From: Paraspadella gotoi
Taxonomy: Eukaryota; Animalia; Chaetognatha
NCBI GenBank assembly: GCA_051294375.1
Contig: CM119269.1
Coordinates: 18,275,413-18,339,412, forward strand
Direction of reading: 5' to 3'
Length of the DNA: 64,000 nucleotides
Shown here: positions 13,340 through 26,339 of the stretch, piece after piece
How the letters are laid out: the number at the start of each line of letters is the position of its first letter
Numbering within the stretch: position 1 is the first letter of the stretch
The notes under the pieces: generated by a model
Databases searched by the model: none
Told to the model about the DNA's origin: nothing
What the model saw: the letters and a program-made list of their open reading frames with translations, nothing else
Made by a program: the position numbers and the translations under genes

Positions 13340-13803
13340 ATAGCAGAGAAGAAGAGGAAGATGAGAGAGATCTCATAACCCGAAGACGGCCAAAGGAAGG
13401 ATAAGGGAACGAAGAAAAAGAAAAGGTGTATTTCGACGCCTCAGAGTTTCATCACTGTTTAGAGGATCCGCGCAATTTGTCTCTGCTTATCTTTTTATAT
13501 TGAGCTATATATTTTTTTTAGTTGCCAAAATATTCAGAAAACCTCTGTAATGATTCAAATACGACGAAAACGACGACCAGACGGACACGAAAACCGACGG
13601 ACGGTCTGTCAATCTTCACCACTTACCACCGTAACCATGATACTTACCCGTGAGCGTTACCACGCTAATTTCTACATTTATATTGTTTCATTTTGCTGTT
13701 GGTATATATTTCCAAAACCGTCATTTATGTTTACCTTTCTTTTTCGTTTCATCTGTGTTTCACTCTATTCTTTTATTTTTCAAGCTCTTCTTCTCCTCTT
13801 CCT

Positions 13804-13848
<45 letters not shown>

Positions 13849-15200
13849 TCTCTCTCTTCTCTCTCTCTCTCCCGAATATTTTCCACTCGCATCATTTCTC
13901 CTATTCTTCCTCCCTCCTACCCCTCCCTCCTTCCTTTCCTTCCCCCCTCTTCCCGCCCATGGTTAATCAAATGAAGACATAAAAGCATAATGTTCGACGC
14001 CGCTCTCGTAACAGACGCAGCTCTTCGAGGCGCGCGCCCGCGATCATCGCAACGCTTTTCCCGAAAATGTCATGAGCGTTGCGCGGCATTTCCTAGAGCG
14101 TTACGATCGACGTCAAAAACGGCTGTCGGCGGCGCGGCGGCTGCTGCCTGGGTAACGTCGTCAATTCGAGCCTCTTCTTCACTTCCGTTCTTTTCGATTT
14201 CCCTTTTTTTTTTTTAAATTGAAGCTGGAAGAGGAGGACGATCGGCGACAGTCGACGATGACGATGACGATGACGATGGACGATGACAGAGACGGAAACT
14301 CGGTCATGATGCACAGAGTCGATGATAAACTTCACGTCCATCAATAAAAAAAAATGCTCCAACGAACGGGGAGTTTTATGATGTTCACGTCGTCGTGTTC
14401 TTCGTTGTTGTTGTTTCCTATTGTCGCCGTTTTTAGATTTGTTGATAATTATTTCGCCTCTTACTAACTTTACTCGTTAACCATCGGTGGCAACAAAAAT
14501 GATTTTCGTTTCGGTCAAAGATGCAAAGATTTTTTACGGAATTTACGAAACCGTGAAAAGAGAAATGCAAAAGCAAGAGAAAAAAAAACACACTTTTAAA
14601 AACAACATATTGCAAAGAAAACCTCGAAAGGTGAAAGGATGAATTTTTGGCGAGGAAAACTCTGTTAACGATTTCTTGTGGAAAAGAAAAATAAGAGAAA
14701 TCTCTAAAAGGCATAAAACGTCACCGTTCACGTCATACGTCACGTCACGTCACGTCACGTCACGTCGTCACCTCTAAAGGCTTGAAACCTTAAACCACAC
14801 TTATCTAAACGTAAAATTCTTGAATTCCCTTTGGTTTTATTTCTTTTAAAACTCCGTTCGTCATTTTTCAAAATTTTTAGTTAAAAAAACGTCTCATCGA
14901 TTGTATAATTAATTTTTTTCTTATTAAACTTCACGGTTTACGTCATAATTGAATTCGTTGTTAATAAAAATAACTGAAACAAAACGACGACGATGACGAC
15001 GACGACGACTGCAACGACGATTTAGATAAGAATTTGAAAATCGAGGATAAATGACATTTTAGCTTTCGACTTTATGGTCTTTCGCATTTCACTCCTTATA
15101 TCTGCTCTTTCTTTTTGCTCTATCCTCAGCATCTGTAAGTAAACTGACAGCTCTCCTCTTATTGTGTAGTTTTGCCACTGACCAAACAACAAACGTCGAG
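13340..15200 (+). repeat. Left arm of a ~1.8-kb inverted duplication (partner 16196-17960)
   Basis: Collinear reverse complement. For example tttcgacgcctcagagtttcatcactgtttagaggatcc pairs with ggatcctctaaacagtgatgaaactctgaggcgtcgaaa, and 15146-15200 pairs with 16196-16250. Confidence 0.9.
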
Positions 15201-15425
15201 TTCAAAAAAATAACCTTTGTTTTTTTACTTATCGCATTTTTAGCAAAAAGTGCCACAACATTTCTTTACCAATAATTTTTTTTTTCGATTTTCCTACGTT
15301 CTTAAATTTTTTCATCAAATCTTATTTTTGATTAATTCTACTTTCGTCTCTCTTTATTTCTTTTCAAACAAATGCTTTAAACTACATCTCTCTGAGATCT
15401 NNNNNNNNNNNNNNNNNNNNNNNNN

Positions 15426-16185
<760 letters not shown>

Positions 16186-16195
16186 NNNNNNNNNN

Positions 16196-17076
16196 CTCGA
16201 CGTTTGTTGTTTGGTAGTGCAAACTACACAATAAGAGGAGAGCTGTCAAGTATTACCAGATGCTGAGGATAGAGCAAAAAGAAAGAGCAGATATAAGGTG
16301 AAATGCGAAGACCAATAAAGTCGGAAGCTAAAATTCATTTTCTCGATTTCAAATTCTTATCTAAATCGTCGTTGCAGTCGTCGTCGTCGTCGTCATCGTC
16401 GTCGTTGTTTCAGGTTTATTTTTATTAACAACGAATTCAATTATGACGAAAACCGTGAAGTTAAATAAAAAAAAATTAATTATACAATCGATGAGATTTT
16501 TTTTAACAAATTTTGAAAAATGACGAACGGAGTTTTAAAAAGAAATAAACCAAAGGGAATTCAAGATTTTACGTTTAGATATGTATGTGCGGTTTAGGTT
16601 TCAAGCCTTTAGAGGTGACGTGACGTGACGTGACGTGACGTGACGTGACGTGACGTGACGTGACGTGACGTTTTATGCCTTTTTAGAGATTTTCTTCTTT
16701 TTTTTTCTTCTCCCAAGAAATCGTTAACAGTTTCCTCGCCAAAAATTCATCCTTTCACCTTTCGAGTTTTCTTTTCATATTTGTTATTTAAAATGTGTTT
16801 TTTTTTCTCTTCTTTTTGCATTTCTCTTTTCACGGTTTTCGTAAATTCCTCAAAAATCTTCACTTTGACCGAAACGAAATCATTTTTGCCTCCGAGGTTA
16901 ACGAGTAAAGTTAGAGCGAAATAATTATCAACGCCCAAATCTAAAACGGCGACAATAGGAACAACAACAACGAAGACAACGACGACGTGAACATCATCAA
17001 CTCCCCGTTCGTTGGAGCATTTTTTTATTGATACGTTATCATCGACTCTGTCATCATTGACCGAGTTTTCGTCTCT

Positions 17077-17115
<39 letters not shown>

Positions 17116-17463
17116 GCTGTCGCCGTCGTCTCCTCTCCAACTTCAATTTAAAAAAAAAAAGGGAATCGAAAAACGGAAGTGAAGAAGAGGCTCGCGAATG
17201 ACGACGTTACCGCAGCAAGCCGCCGCCGCCGCCGACGCCGTTTTTGACGTCATCGACGCCTAGGAAATGCCGCGCAACGCCTATGACATTTCGGGAAACG
17301 TTGCGTGAGCGGCGCCGCCTCGAGAGCGCGTCTGTTACGGAGCGGCGTCGAAACATTAAGGCTTTTATGCTTCATTGATTAACGGGCGGGAGAGGAGGGG
17401 AAGGAAGGAAGGAGGGAGGGGTGGGGGAGGAAGAAGGAGAAATGATCGAGGTGAAAATATTGC

Positions 17464-17497
<34 letters not shown>

Positions 17498-17925
17498 AGA
17501 GAGAGAGAGAGAGAGAGAGAGAGCTTGACAAAATAAAGAGAATAGAGTGAAACAGATGAAACGAAAAGAAAGGTAAACATAAATGACGGTTTGTGGAAAA
17601 TATACCAACAGCAAAATAAACATATAAATGCTAGAATTAGCGTTGGTAACGCTCAACGGTAAGTTCATGGTTACGTGGTAAGTGGTGAGATGCACCGTCC
17701 GTCGGTTTGTCGTCGTCTCTGTCGTCGTCTTTGAATCATTACAAGGTTTTCTGAATATTTTGCACTAAAAATAATATATAGCTCATATAAAAAGATAACA
17801 GAGACAAATTGGCGGGATCCTCTAAACAGTGATGAAACTCTGAGGCGTCGAAATCACCTTTTTTTTTCTCCACCTTTGCGTTCGGGTTATGAGATCTCTC
17901 TCTCTCCTCTCTCTCTCTTCTCTCT

Positions 17926-17960
<35 letters not shown>
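16196..17960 (-). repeat. Right arm of the ~1.8-kb inverted duplication (partner 13340-15200)
   Basis: Collinear reverse complement, and the cleaner of the two copies. Confidence 0.9.
16616..16670. repeat. (TGACG)11 pentanucleotide microsatellite; mirror copy (CGTCA)n at 14719-14771
   Basis: Direct reading. Confidence 0.95.
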
Positions 17961-17962
<2 letters not shown>

Positions 17963-19460
17963 TTCCCTTTAATAGTACGTAGTTCAGAGTTTAACAAAGA
18001 AAGAAAGAGCCAAAGAACAGAAAGAACTAACGACACACAACAAACAAAACAGGCGTAAGATAAGTGAACTTCGGCAACAGAAGAGGAGAAACCAACGATT
18101 ACACGGCTGAGCCGATTAGGAAAAAAATGGTAAACGGCTGAGCCGATTGGGAGAGAAAAAAAATCATAAAATATAGGTGAATAATTGACATCGTTGGGTA
18201 ATAAAATATATCAAAAAGGTTATATAATGGAGACTTCGAGAAATTTAAAAGCACCCGCTTATATGGCGAAACCCCGTAATAGAGGGAATCGCAATTATGT
18301 GTAGCATGTTGATAAAATTTCGTCTTAGCCGACTCGGTGAGAGATAGCGCTTTAAACAAAAACTCCTGCGATCAAGTTGAATCAAATTTTTGGTTTTTGT
18401 CCCCCGAAAAAAAATTTATTTTATCTCTTTATTCGAATAATAATAAGTGAAAGAGAGAAATAAAGGTGGAAGAAGGTTATGAAAAGCTANNNNNNNNNNN
18501 NNNNNNNNNNNNNNNNNNNNNNNNNNNNNNNNNNNNNNNNNNNNNNNNNNNNNNNNNNNNNNNNNNNNNNNNNNNNNNNNNNNNNNNNNNNNNNNNNNNN
18601 NNNNNNNNNNNNNNNNNNNNNNNNNNNNNNNNNNNNNNNNNNNNNNNNNNNNNNNNNNNNNNNNNNNNNNNNNNNNNNNNNNNNNNNNNNNNNNNNNNNN
18701 NAAAGGAAAAGTAAAAAGGAAGAGTCCTTCTTTGAATTTCTTTTCATCGTCGAGCGATTTTTCTCATTAATCACGAAACACCTTTTTGCGCCGCATTTCT
18801 TATTTCTTTGTAGTCTCTCTCTCNNNNNNNNNNNNNNNNNNNNNNNNNNNNNNNNNNNNNNNNNNNNNNNNNNNNNNNNNNNNNNNNNNNNNNNNNNNNN
18901 NNNNNNNNNNNNNNNNNNNNNNNNNNNNNNNNNNNNNNNNNNNNNNNNNNNNNNNNNNNNNNNNNNNNNNNNNNNNNNNNNNNNNNNNNNNNNTCTTTCT
19001 ATATTTATCTCCGTCAATTTGATGCAAATGCAAATCGATTTTGCTTCCGAAATCGATATTCATGAGGCAACAAAAAATCGTTGTTGTTATTGACGACTGA
19101 CGAGAACTTAATCCGTTAGTTTTTTTTAAATCGAACATAAAAAGTAGTTTTAATTATTTCCAGTTCACCTGTTACTTGGCAACGGATTGACTCATTCGAT
19201 TAAAAGATTCCCTTTCTAACTTCTCTTCAGTCCACTGAATTTCTGCTCTCGTTTTGAACAACGGCCAAATGTGGGGTTTTTTTTGTGTGTGTGTGTTTAA
19301 AGTTTGCAGGTTCTTTTGTTTTTGCTGTCTAATATACTACAGTAGAGATAAATTTACACATCGCGGTAAGGAAATTACCTTAAACGAAAAAACTAAGAAA
19401 AAAGGAGATTTTAAAAAAAATACTTTGTGTTTTTTTCCTTTCTGTTTCGTTGTGATTTGA

Positions 19461-19546
19461 TTTAGAACAAAGTTTGAAGAGAGATTTAACAATGAAACTA
19501 TGAAATAAAAATCGTTGTTAAATCTCTCTTCAAACTTTGTTCTAAA
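19461..19546. repeat. Perfect 32-bp inverted repeat with 22-nt spacer (hairpin)
   Basis: tttagaacaaagtttgaagagagatttaacaa (19461-19492) is the exact reverse complement of 19515-19546. Confidence 0.95.
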
Positions 19547-19661
19547 AAAAATACTTGAAATCTAAAGATGCAATTATATCAACAATGAATTAACAATCAG
19601 GAAACGGAGAGTCAATTCACCGGCCGAACTCAACAACCATCACTGAATCTTCTCGACGCAG

Positions 19662-19727
19662 AACAACAACAACAACAACAACAACAACAACTACAACAAC
19701 AACAACTACAACAACTACAACAACAAC
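19662..19727. repeat. (CAA)n microsatellite with CTA interruptions
   Basis: Direct reading. Confidence 0.95.
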
Positions 19728-19981
19728 GCCCCATTGTTTGAATCTTCGTCCGCAAATTCCATTCTTCTCTCGCCGTTTGGTTCCCTTTTTTTTCCCCCGC
19801 TCTATCACTGTTATTCCTTTGAGGCGAAAAAGATTGTTGTTCTCTTCTTTCCATGTGTCTGCCTTCTATGGTGCGATGATGTCCCTTGATGGACGAAATC
19901 ATTAATCCTTTCATCAAAAAATTTTCTTTGTCATGAATCTCCGGCGACGTTTTGGGTCTCCTTTCATATGCCGCAAACAAA

Positions 19982-20017
<36 letters not shown>

Positions 20018-22696
20018 NNNNNNNNNNNNNNNNNNNNNNNNNTGTTCGATTCCAAACGTGTATGCAAATCAACATCAAGTTGTTTTAAGAAAACACTTAT
20101 AAAATTCACACCAAAATACATTTTAAACTAGCGCATATTAAAGATTCTCCTAAAGTCGAGTTAAGTTTCCAACACGTTAATAAGATGGTTAATACAATCT
20201 TAAAAATCGTGTGATATTCTCCGTGTTATGAGAAGGAATTGAAGAGCGATGAGAGAGAGAGGAGAGAGAAGAGAGAGAAGAGATGAGAGAGAGGAGAGAG
20301 AGAGAGAGAGAGATCGAGAGAGAGAGAAGGAGAGAGAGTGAACATTTATTTTCTTTCTTCCTGTGTAATCGTGAGATTTTAAAATAATGTTTTCTTTATA
20401 AACTACATCACACTTGTTTGTAGTTTCCATATTTTCTATTACCTCTTTCAGGCCGTGACTCCTTTTTCTGTCTCCGTGTCCCTTTTTCTGTCCCTTGACC
20501 CCTTTTTCTTTCGTCGGATTTATCCCTTTTATCCTCCTTCGCGCACAACTTGTAGTCGCGCTGTTTATTCCGCCATTGTTGGCGTCGCGGCAGCTGAGGC
20601 TCACTGGTAGATGGCGTTTGCAGATACTTTCGTTAACGGAATTTATGGGTATCGTTTCCTGAAATCATTTTATTTTGCGAAAATTTTGGAATTAGGTTTG
20701 TGCGTGAATAGAATTTCTACTTTTAGTAGTTGCTATCTTTGGATGTCCACAGAGAGCCTTTTAATGCCGTTCGTAAACTCCTCAGTAGATGTCACCCTTG
20801 GTGAAGAGGGAAAAAAAAAGACCATCAGAGATCGGAATCATTTTTTTCCCTTTTTTTCTTTTCTCCCCCCTCCACGCCCTGGGGGGGGGCGATCTGGATA
20901 TATGGGTGGGATGATGATTGTTGGGCGATCGCGGTGGAGGGGGGCTGATTTCTGCTCTCAATGGTTTCCTCTCTTTATCTTTTTTTTCTCCTCTTTTTCT
21001 TTCAGTCTGTCTTCTGCTCAGTCTGTCTCGCTCTCTTCCTCGTTTTCACACCCTTTTTCTGCCTGCTCTATTCCTAATACTTTCTCTCGCTCTCTCTCTG
21101 TCTCTCTCTCTTTCTTTCTCTCTCTCTCTNNNNNNNNNNNNNNNNNNNNNNNNNNNNNNNNNNNNNNNNNNNNNNNNNNNNNNNNNNNNNNNNNNNNNNN
21201 NNNNNNNNNNNNNNNNNNNNNNNNNNNNNNNNNNNNNNNNNNNNNNNNNNNNNNNNNNNNNNNNNNNNNNNNNNNNNNNNNNNNNNNNNNNNNNNNNNNN
21301 NNNNNNNNNNNNNNNNNNNNNNNNNNNNNNNNNNNNNNNNNNNNNNNNNNNNNNNNNNNNNNNNNNNNNNNNNNNNNNNNNNNNNNNNNNNNNNNNNNNN
21401 NNNNNNNNNNNNNNNNNNNNNNNNNNNNNNNNNNTCCGAAGCGAGGGAAGGATTTTTGGCCTCTGGTTTCCATGGCAACCAGGAAACGAAATCCCCTCGA
21501 AAAAAGAAACCCCAAAGAGCGNNNNNNNNNNNNNNNNNNNNNNNNNNNNNNNNNNNNNNNNNNNNNNNNNNNNNNNNNNNNNNNNNNNNNNNNNNNNNNN
21601 NNNNNNNNNNNNNNNNNNNNNNNNNNNNNNNNNNNNNNNNNNNNNNNNNNNNNNNNNNNNNNNNNNNNNNNNNNNNNNNNNNNNNNNNNNNNNNNNNNNN
21701 NNNNNNNNNNNNNNNNNNNNNNNNNNNNNNNNNNNNNNNNNNNNNNNNNNNNNNNNNNNNNNNNNNNNNNNNNNNNNNNNNNNNNNNNNNNNNNNNNNNN
21801 NNNNNNNNNNNNNNNNNNNNNNNNNNNNNNNNNNNNNNNNNNNNNNNNNNNNNNNNNNNNNNNNNNNNNNNNNNNNNNNNNNNNNNNNNNTCCATTCCCC
21901 TTTCTATCCCTCTTTCTTTATCCTCCTCCAAAGGAGTAGGGAATTCCTACGCAGCCCTTTGTAATTTTCTTAGGTTTTACTCTTGTCTCGAGAGAAAGAT
22001 CAGTTTTAAATATATGGCCATATCTTTCCCGTTATCTATGGGTTTTTTCCCGTTAACTATCCCTCCGCCTTATTTTTGCTGTTTTTTCTTGCGTTTCCAT
22101 TTTTCTTTCTTTCTCCCTTTCTTTCTTGTTTTCTTCCTTTCTTTCTTTCTTGTTTTCTTTCTTTCTTTCTCTCTTTTTTTNNNNNNNNNNNNNNNNNNNN
22201 NNNNNNNNNNNNNNNNNNNNNNNNNNNNNNNNNNNNNNNNNNNNNNNNNNNNNNNNNNNNNNNNNNNNNNNNNNNNNNNNNNNNNNNNNNNNNNNNNNNN
22301 NNNNNNNNNNNNNNNNNNNNNNNNNNNNNNNNNNNNNNNNNNNNNNNNNNNNNNNNNNNNNNNNNNNNNNNNNNNNNNNNNNNNNNNNNNNNNNNNNNNN
22401 NNNNNNNNNNNNNNNNNNNNNNNNNNNNNNNNNNNNNNNNNNNNNNNNNNNNNNNNNNNNNNNNNNNNNNNNNNNNNNNNNNNNNNNNNNNNNNNNNNNN
22501 NNNNNNNNNNNNNNNNNNNNNNNNNNNNNNNNNNNNNNNNNNNNNNNNNNNNNNNNNNNNNNNNNNNNNNATATGTGTTTACTTGTGTTTCTTGTTTTAA
22601 ATGTCAAAGAAATGTAAAAGGGGAAACGTCGTTCGTCGGCACCTGATGGCGCTAAAGTTCAATTTCTCCTTCCTGCATTTTCTCTTTCTCTTTCTG

Positions 22697-22905
22697 GTTT
22701 GTTTTGTTTGTTTTGTTTGTTTTGTTTGTTTTGTTTGTTTTGTTTGTTTTGTTTGTTTTGTTTGTTTGTTTTTGTTATGTTTGTTTTATTTGTTTTGTTT
22801 GTTTTATTTGTTTTGTTTGTTTGTTTGTTTTGTTTTCTTTGTTTTGTTTGTTTTCTTAGTTTTGTTTTCTTTGTTTTTTTTGTTTTCTTTGTTTTCTTTG
22901 TTTTG
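22697..22905. repeat. (TTTG/TTTTG)n simple repeat
   Basis: Direct reading. Confidence 0.9.
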
Positions 22906-23275
22906 TGTGACATTGACAGTGTGACAGTGACAAACCGTGAGGCGGCGAGATCACAGCACCACGCAGCGTGTCAACGACGGGAAAAGGCGAGAGCGTTGGA
23001 TGGCGCCAGCTGCGCAGAGGCCGTAACCCTGGCAACACTTCGCATAAAATTCAAAATTGGGAATCGCGCGCGAATTCGGGGGGGGGAGGGGGTAGCTACG
23101 GCGCTGCGGCGGCTGTGGCAGCATCGGAAGCGGCTGAAAGTGACGGAGGCGGCGGTGCTACTTGTCGTGATGAGACGAGAGAAATTTCTCAATGGCGCGA
23201 AAATTACTGGAATTTTCGGGAGTCTCGAGGAAAAGATGGAAAATCGAAAAATCGGAAAAACGGAAATTGGTTGAG

Positions 23276-23704
23276 ACGGGGAACTGAGAAGCCACGCCCC
23301 CACAAAATGTCGNNNNNNNNNNNNNNNNNNNNNNNNNNNNNNNNNNNNNNNNNNNNNNNNNNNNNNNNNNNNNNNNNNNNNNNNNNNNNNNNNNNNNNNN
23401 NNNNNNNNNNNNNNNNNNNNNNNNNNNNNNNNNNNNNNNNNNNNNNNNNNNNNNNNNNNNNNNNNNNNNNNNNNNNNNNNNNNNNNNNNNNNNNNNNNNN
23501 NNNNNNNNNNNNNNNNNNNNNNNNNNNNNNNNNNNNNNNNNNNNNNNNNNNNNNNNNNNNNNNNNNNNNNNNNNNNNNNNNNNNNNNNNNNNNNNNNNNN
23601 NNNNNNNNNNNNNNNNNNNAACTGAGAAGCCACGCCCCCACAAAATGTCGGAAATTGGTAGATACGGGGAACTGAGCGGCCACGCCCCCACAAAATGTCG
23701 GAAA
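23276..23704. repeat. 50-bp minisatellite, unit GGGGAACTGAGAAGCCACGCCCCCACAAAATGTCGGAAATTGGTAGATAC, spanning an N gap
   Basis: ACTGAG recurs at 23621 and 23671 (period 50) and at 23283. Several noisy reverse-complement copies lie at 27940-28560. Confidence 0.85.
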
Positions 23705-26339
23705 CGAGGTTCACATTGCGACGAGTGAGAATGATACTCGTCGTGAATGTGTTGAACTTTGTCGGCGTCATGAGTTTCGAATTATAGTAGTTTTCTTAAA
23801 TTAAATAATAAATTAATCGCTTTTTATGCAAAATAAAAGAGAATGAGCCTTTCCCAGTCTGAGCGTCACCCTTGATTGCTAATCTTGGCATTAACCAAGA
23901 GAGTTTGTCACCATCGAATCGTGCAACGGAACCGATTGCCTTTTCTGGCCAAATGCAATGCCACTCAGCGACGGATGGAGACGTGATCAGTTTTTCCTTT
24001 CCTCACTCTGTCTCTGTCTCTGTCTCCCTCTTCTCTCCCCCCCCCTCTCTATCCCTTCTCTAAACAATCCTTCGACCCTCGAACTTAAAATCGCTCAAAA
24101 ATCGAGAGGAAAACTCGGGGTCACTTGGGGTCAAAAGTCAAAAACCCACCCATTGGGGTTATGGGNNNNNNNNNNNNNNNNNNNNNNNNNNNNNNNNNNN
24201 NNNNNNNNNNNNNNNNNNNNNNNNNNNNNNNNNNNNNNNNNNNNNNNNNNNNNNNNNNNNNNNNNNNNNNNNNNNNNNNNNNNNNNNNNNNNNNNNNNNN
24301 NNNNNNNNNNNNNNNNNNNNNNNNNNNNNNNNNNNNNNNNNNNNNNNNNNNNNNNNNNNNNNNNNNNNNNNNNNNNNNNNNNNNNNNNNNNNNNNNNNNN
24401 NNNNNNNNNNNNNNNNNNNNNNNNNNNNNNNNNNNNNNNNNNNNNNNNNNNNNNNNNNNNNNNNNNNNNNCGATTAAGAGGAGTAGAGGGGACGGGGTTG
24501 AGGAGTGAGGAGACTGAGGAGACTGAGGAGTCAATACGTGAGGAGATTCTTTTTCGGATTGTGCTTCGGCGCAGAGGCCAATACGTCGATTGAGAGAGAA
24601 ACGTTCATCGTTGAAATGCGCCATCTCTCTCTGTCTTTCTTTTCTTTTTCTTTTCATTATTCAATTAAGGTGACAAAAAAAAGGTTCTACTTGTTCCTTT
24701 TTTTTAAAACTGGAGATCACGGGGAGGACGTAACAAACATTAATAATAAACCTATGAAACAAATTCGGACTACATTTCAATTTTATCATATTCATAAAAT
24801 CATTTTTATACTTTCAAGTTTTCAACCATTTCTCTTAAATTATAATTTTTTTTTTTTTTTTTTTCATAATGATAAATCATAATGTATAATCATAATGATA
24901 GTTATTTACTGTTGTTTTTCATTTGCCAAGTTTCTGTTTATGACTAAAAAAAAAAAAAAAAAAAAAGCAAATTGTCCCTCCCTACGTGTTAAAAGAGTTA
25001 GGAACCATAATTGATAATATTTTACTCTCATGATTTTCATTGATATACATTATACATTTTCCAATTTGGCAATGTCCGCCCATATGGCCTTAATATGTGT
25101 TGAATTTTTATAGTTGCCATTATGTGCAATTAGTCTTGATCCAATTACTCATTTATTGTTTAAATGCCATATGTTTCAAATCGTTTTAATCTTTTATCGT
25201 CTTAACTGTCCAAATTGTCTCTTTTTATTTCAGAAAAAAAAAAATAAAAGAAAAAAAAAAAAAAAAAAATCTTTTAAAGTCAACTTTTACAAATGGATCC
25301 GGGTGGGTGAAATGAAAGGTAATAATAATTTTCTCGGTTTAGAGTGAAAACGAAACCAATCGGTTTTCCTGCTGAAGGTCGTGATCGACTCCACTCCTTC
25401 GCCACTTGAATTCCGCCATGCCAACGGGACGACGACGATGACGACGCGACGAACGACGACGACGGACGACGACCGACGACGACGATTGGGGTGGTCTGGA
25501 GGTTGAAGACGTGCAGACGCCTCGTCCCTGTTTCTTTACATTTCTTTCTACGTTCGAAATGACGCAATAAAATGAAATTTTTATCTCAGATAATTTACAA
25601 TGTGTTTTAACGCGTTTTGGACCGGGCTTTCATTTAATTATAATCACGTTTTTCTTCAGAATCGCTGTGAAAAAGTTAATGCATATTTTTTTTTAAATTT
25701 TCGAGGTGCTCATAAGTGGCAAATAGAGAAGAGTAAGATGTAATTTTGGTAATTTCCGGTATTTGAAGTAATGCCAATTCGCTTTTTCCGAGGAGGGAGA
25801 GTTGGTTAGTAGTGATTGAGAATGACAACGTTTTTGTTGCAACGAACTTATCTTTATAATTGAACAGAATGTTTCGCTTGTTTTAAGCCTTCATCAGCGT
25901 TTTTTTTGTGCGTAACATTCTTGGATATTTATTTATTTATTTTAGGTCAAGAAACACGTTCCCTCCCTTTTGTATTTTCGAAAACGTTTATTTACATTGT
26001 ACTTGTGTATCGGAGAAGAGAAGAAGAAGAGTACAAAAAAAAGCTGTTCTGTCTCCTAAAGGAAGATTGAAGAACGAAAGACGACTCGACAACGAGACGA
26101 ATTGAAAGGCAGAGAGAATGAGAGGATGAAGAAGAAAGGAAAAAATTAGTTTTTACAAGCAAGATATTATGTTGAAAGATTGTTGGTATTTAATTTAGGT
26201 TAGTAGCACAAAAGATCGGTAACGGAGAGTGGCTCGAATTTCTCGGCAATACTGCTTTGACCGCAACAATCACTCGTTTCCTAATATCCCCAAAATGTAG
26301 GAAACACTCAGGGAAACTTGATAGAGAAAAATGGAAAAA

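Larger units (their letters stand above)
21891..24665 (+). repeat. Left (clean, gapped) arm of a large inverted duplication (partner ~26340-30610)
   Basis: Reverse-complement matches: 24471-24660 with 26370-26600, 23860-24000 with 27540-27700, 23030-23310 with 28510-28950, 22570-23000 with 29000-29580, and 21900-22030 with 30460-30610. Confidence 0.85.

Noticed and set aside
11400-13340. Complex-looking unique sequence with short ORFs (similar at 49000-54900 and 59150-61300)
   Set aside because: It contains scattered fragments of neighbouring repeats. Most likely low-quality read noise, with no recognisable domains.
18490-24470. Long ORFs such as 20611-21939, 21456-22646 and 22968-23675
   Set aside because: They are open only because N runs contain no stop codons.
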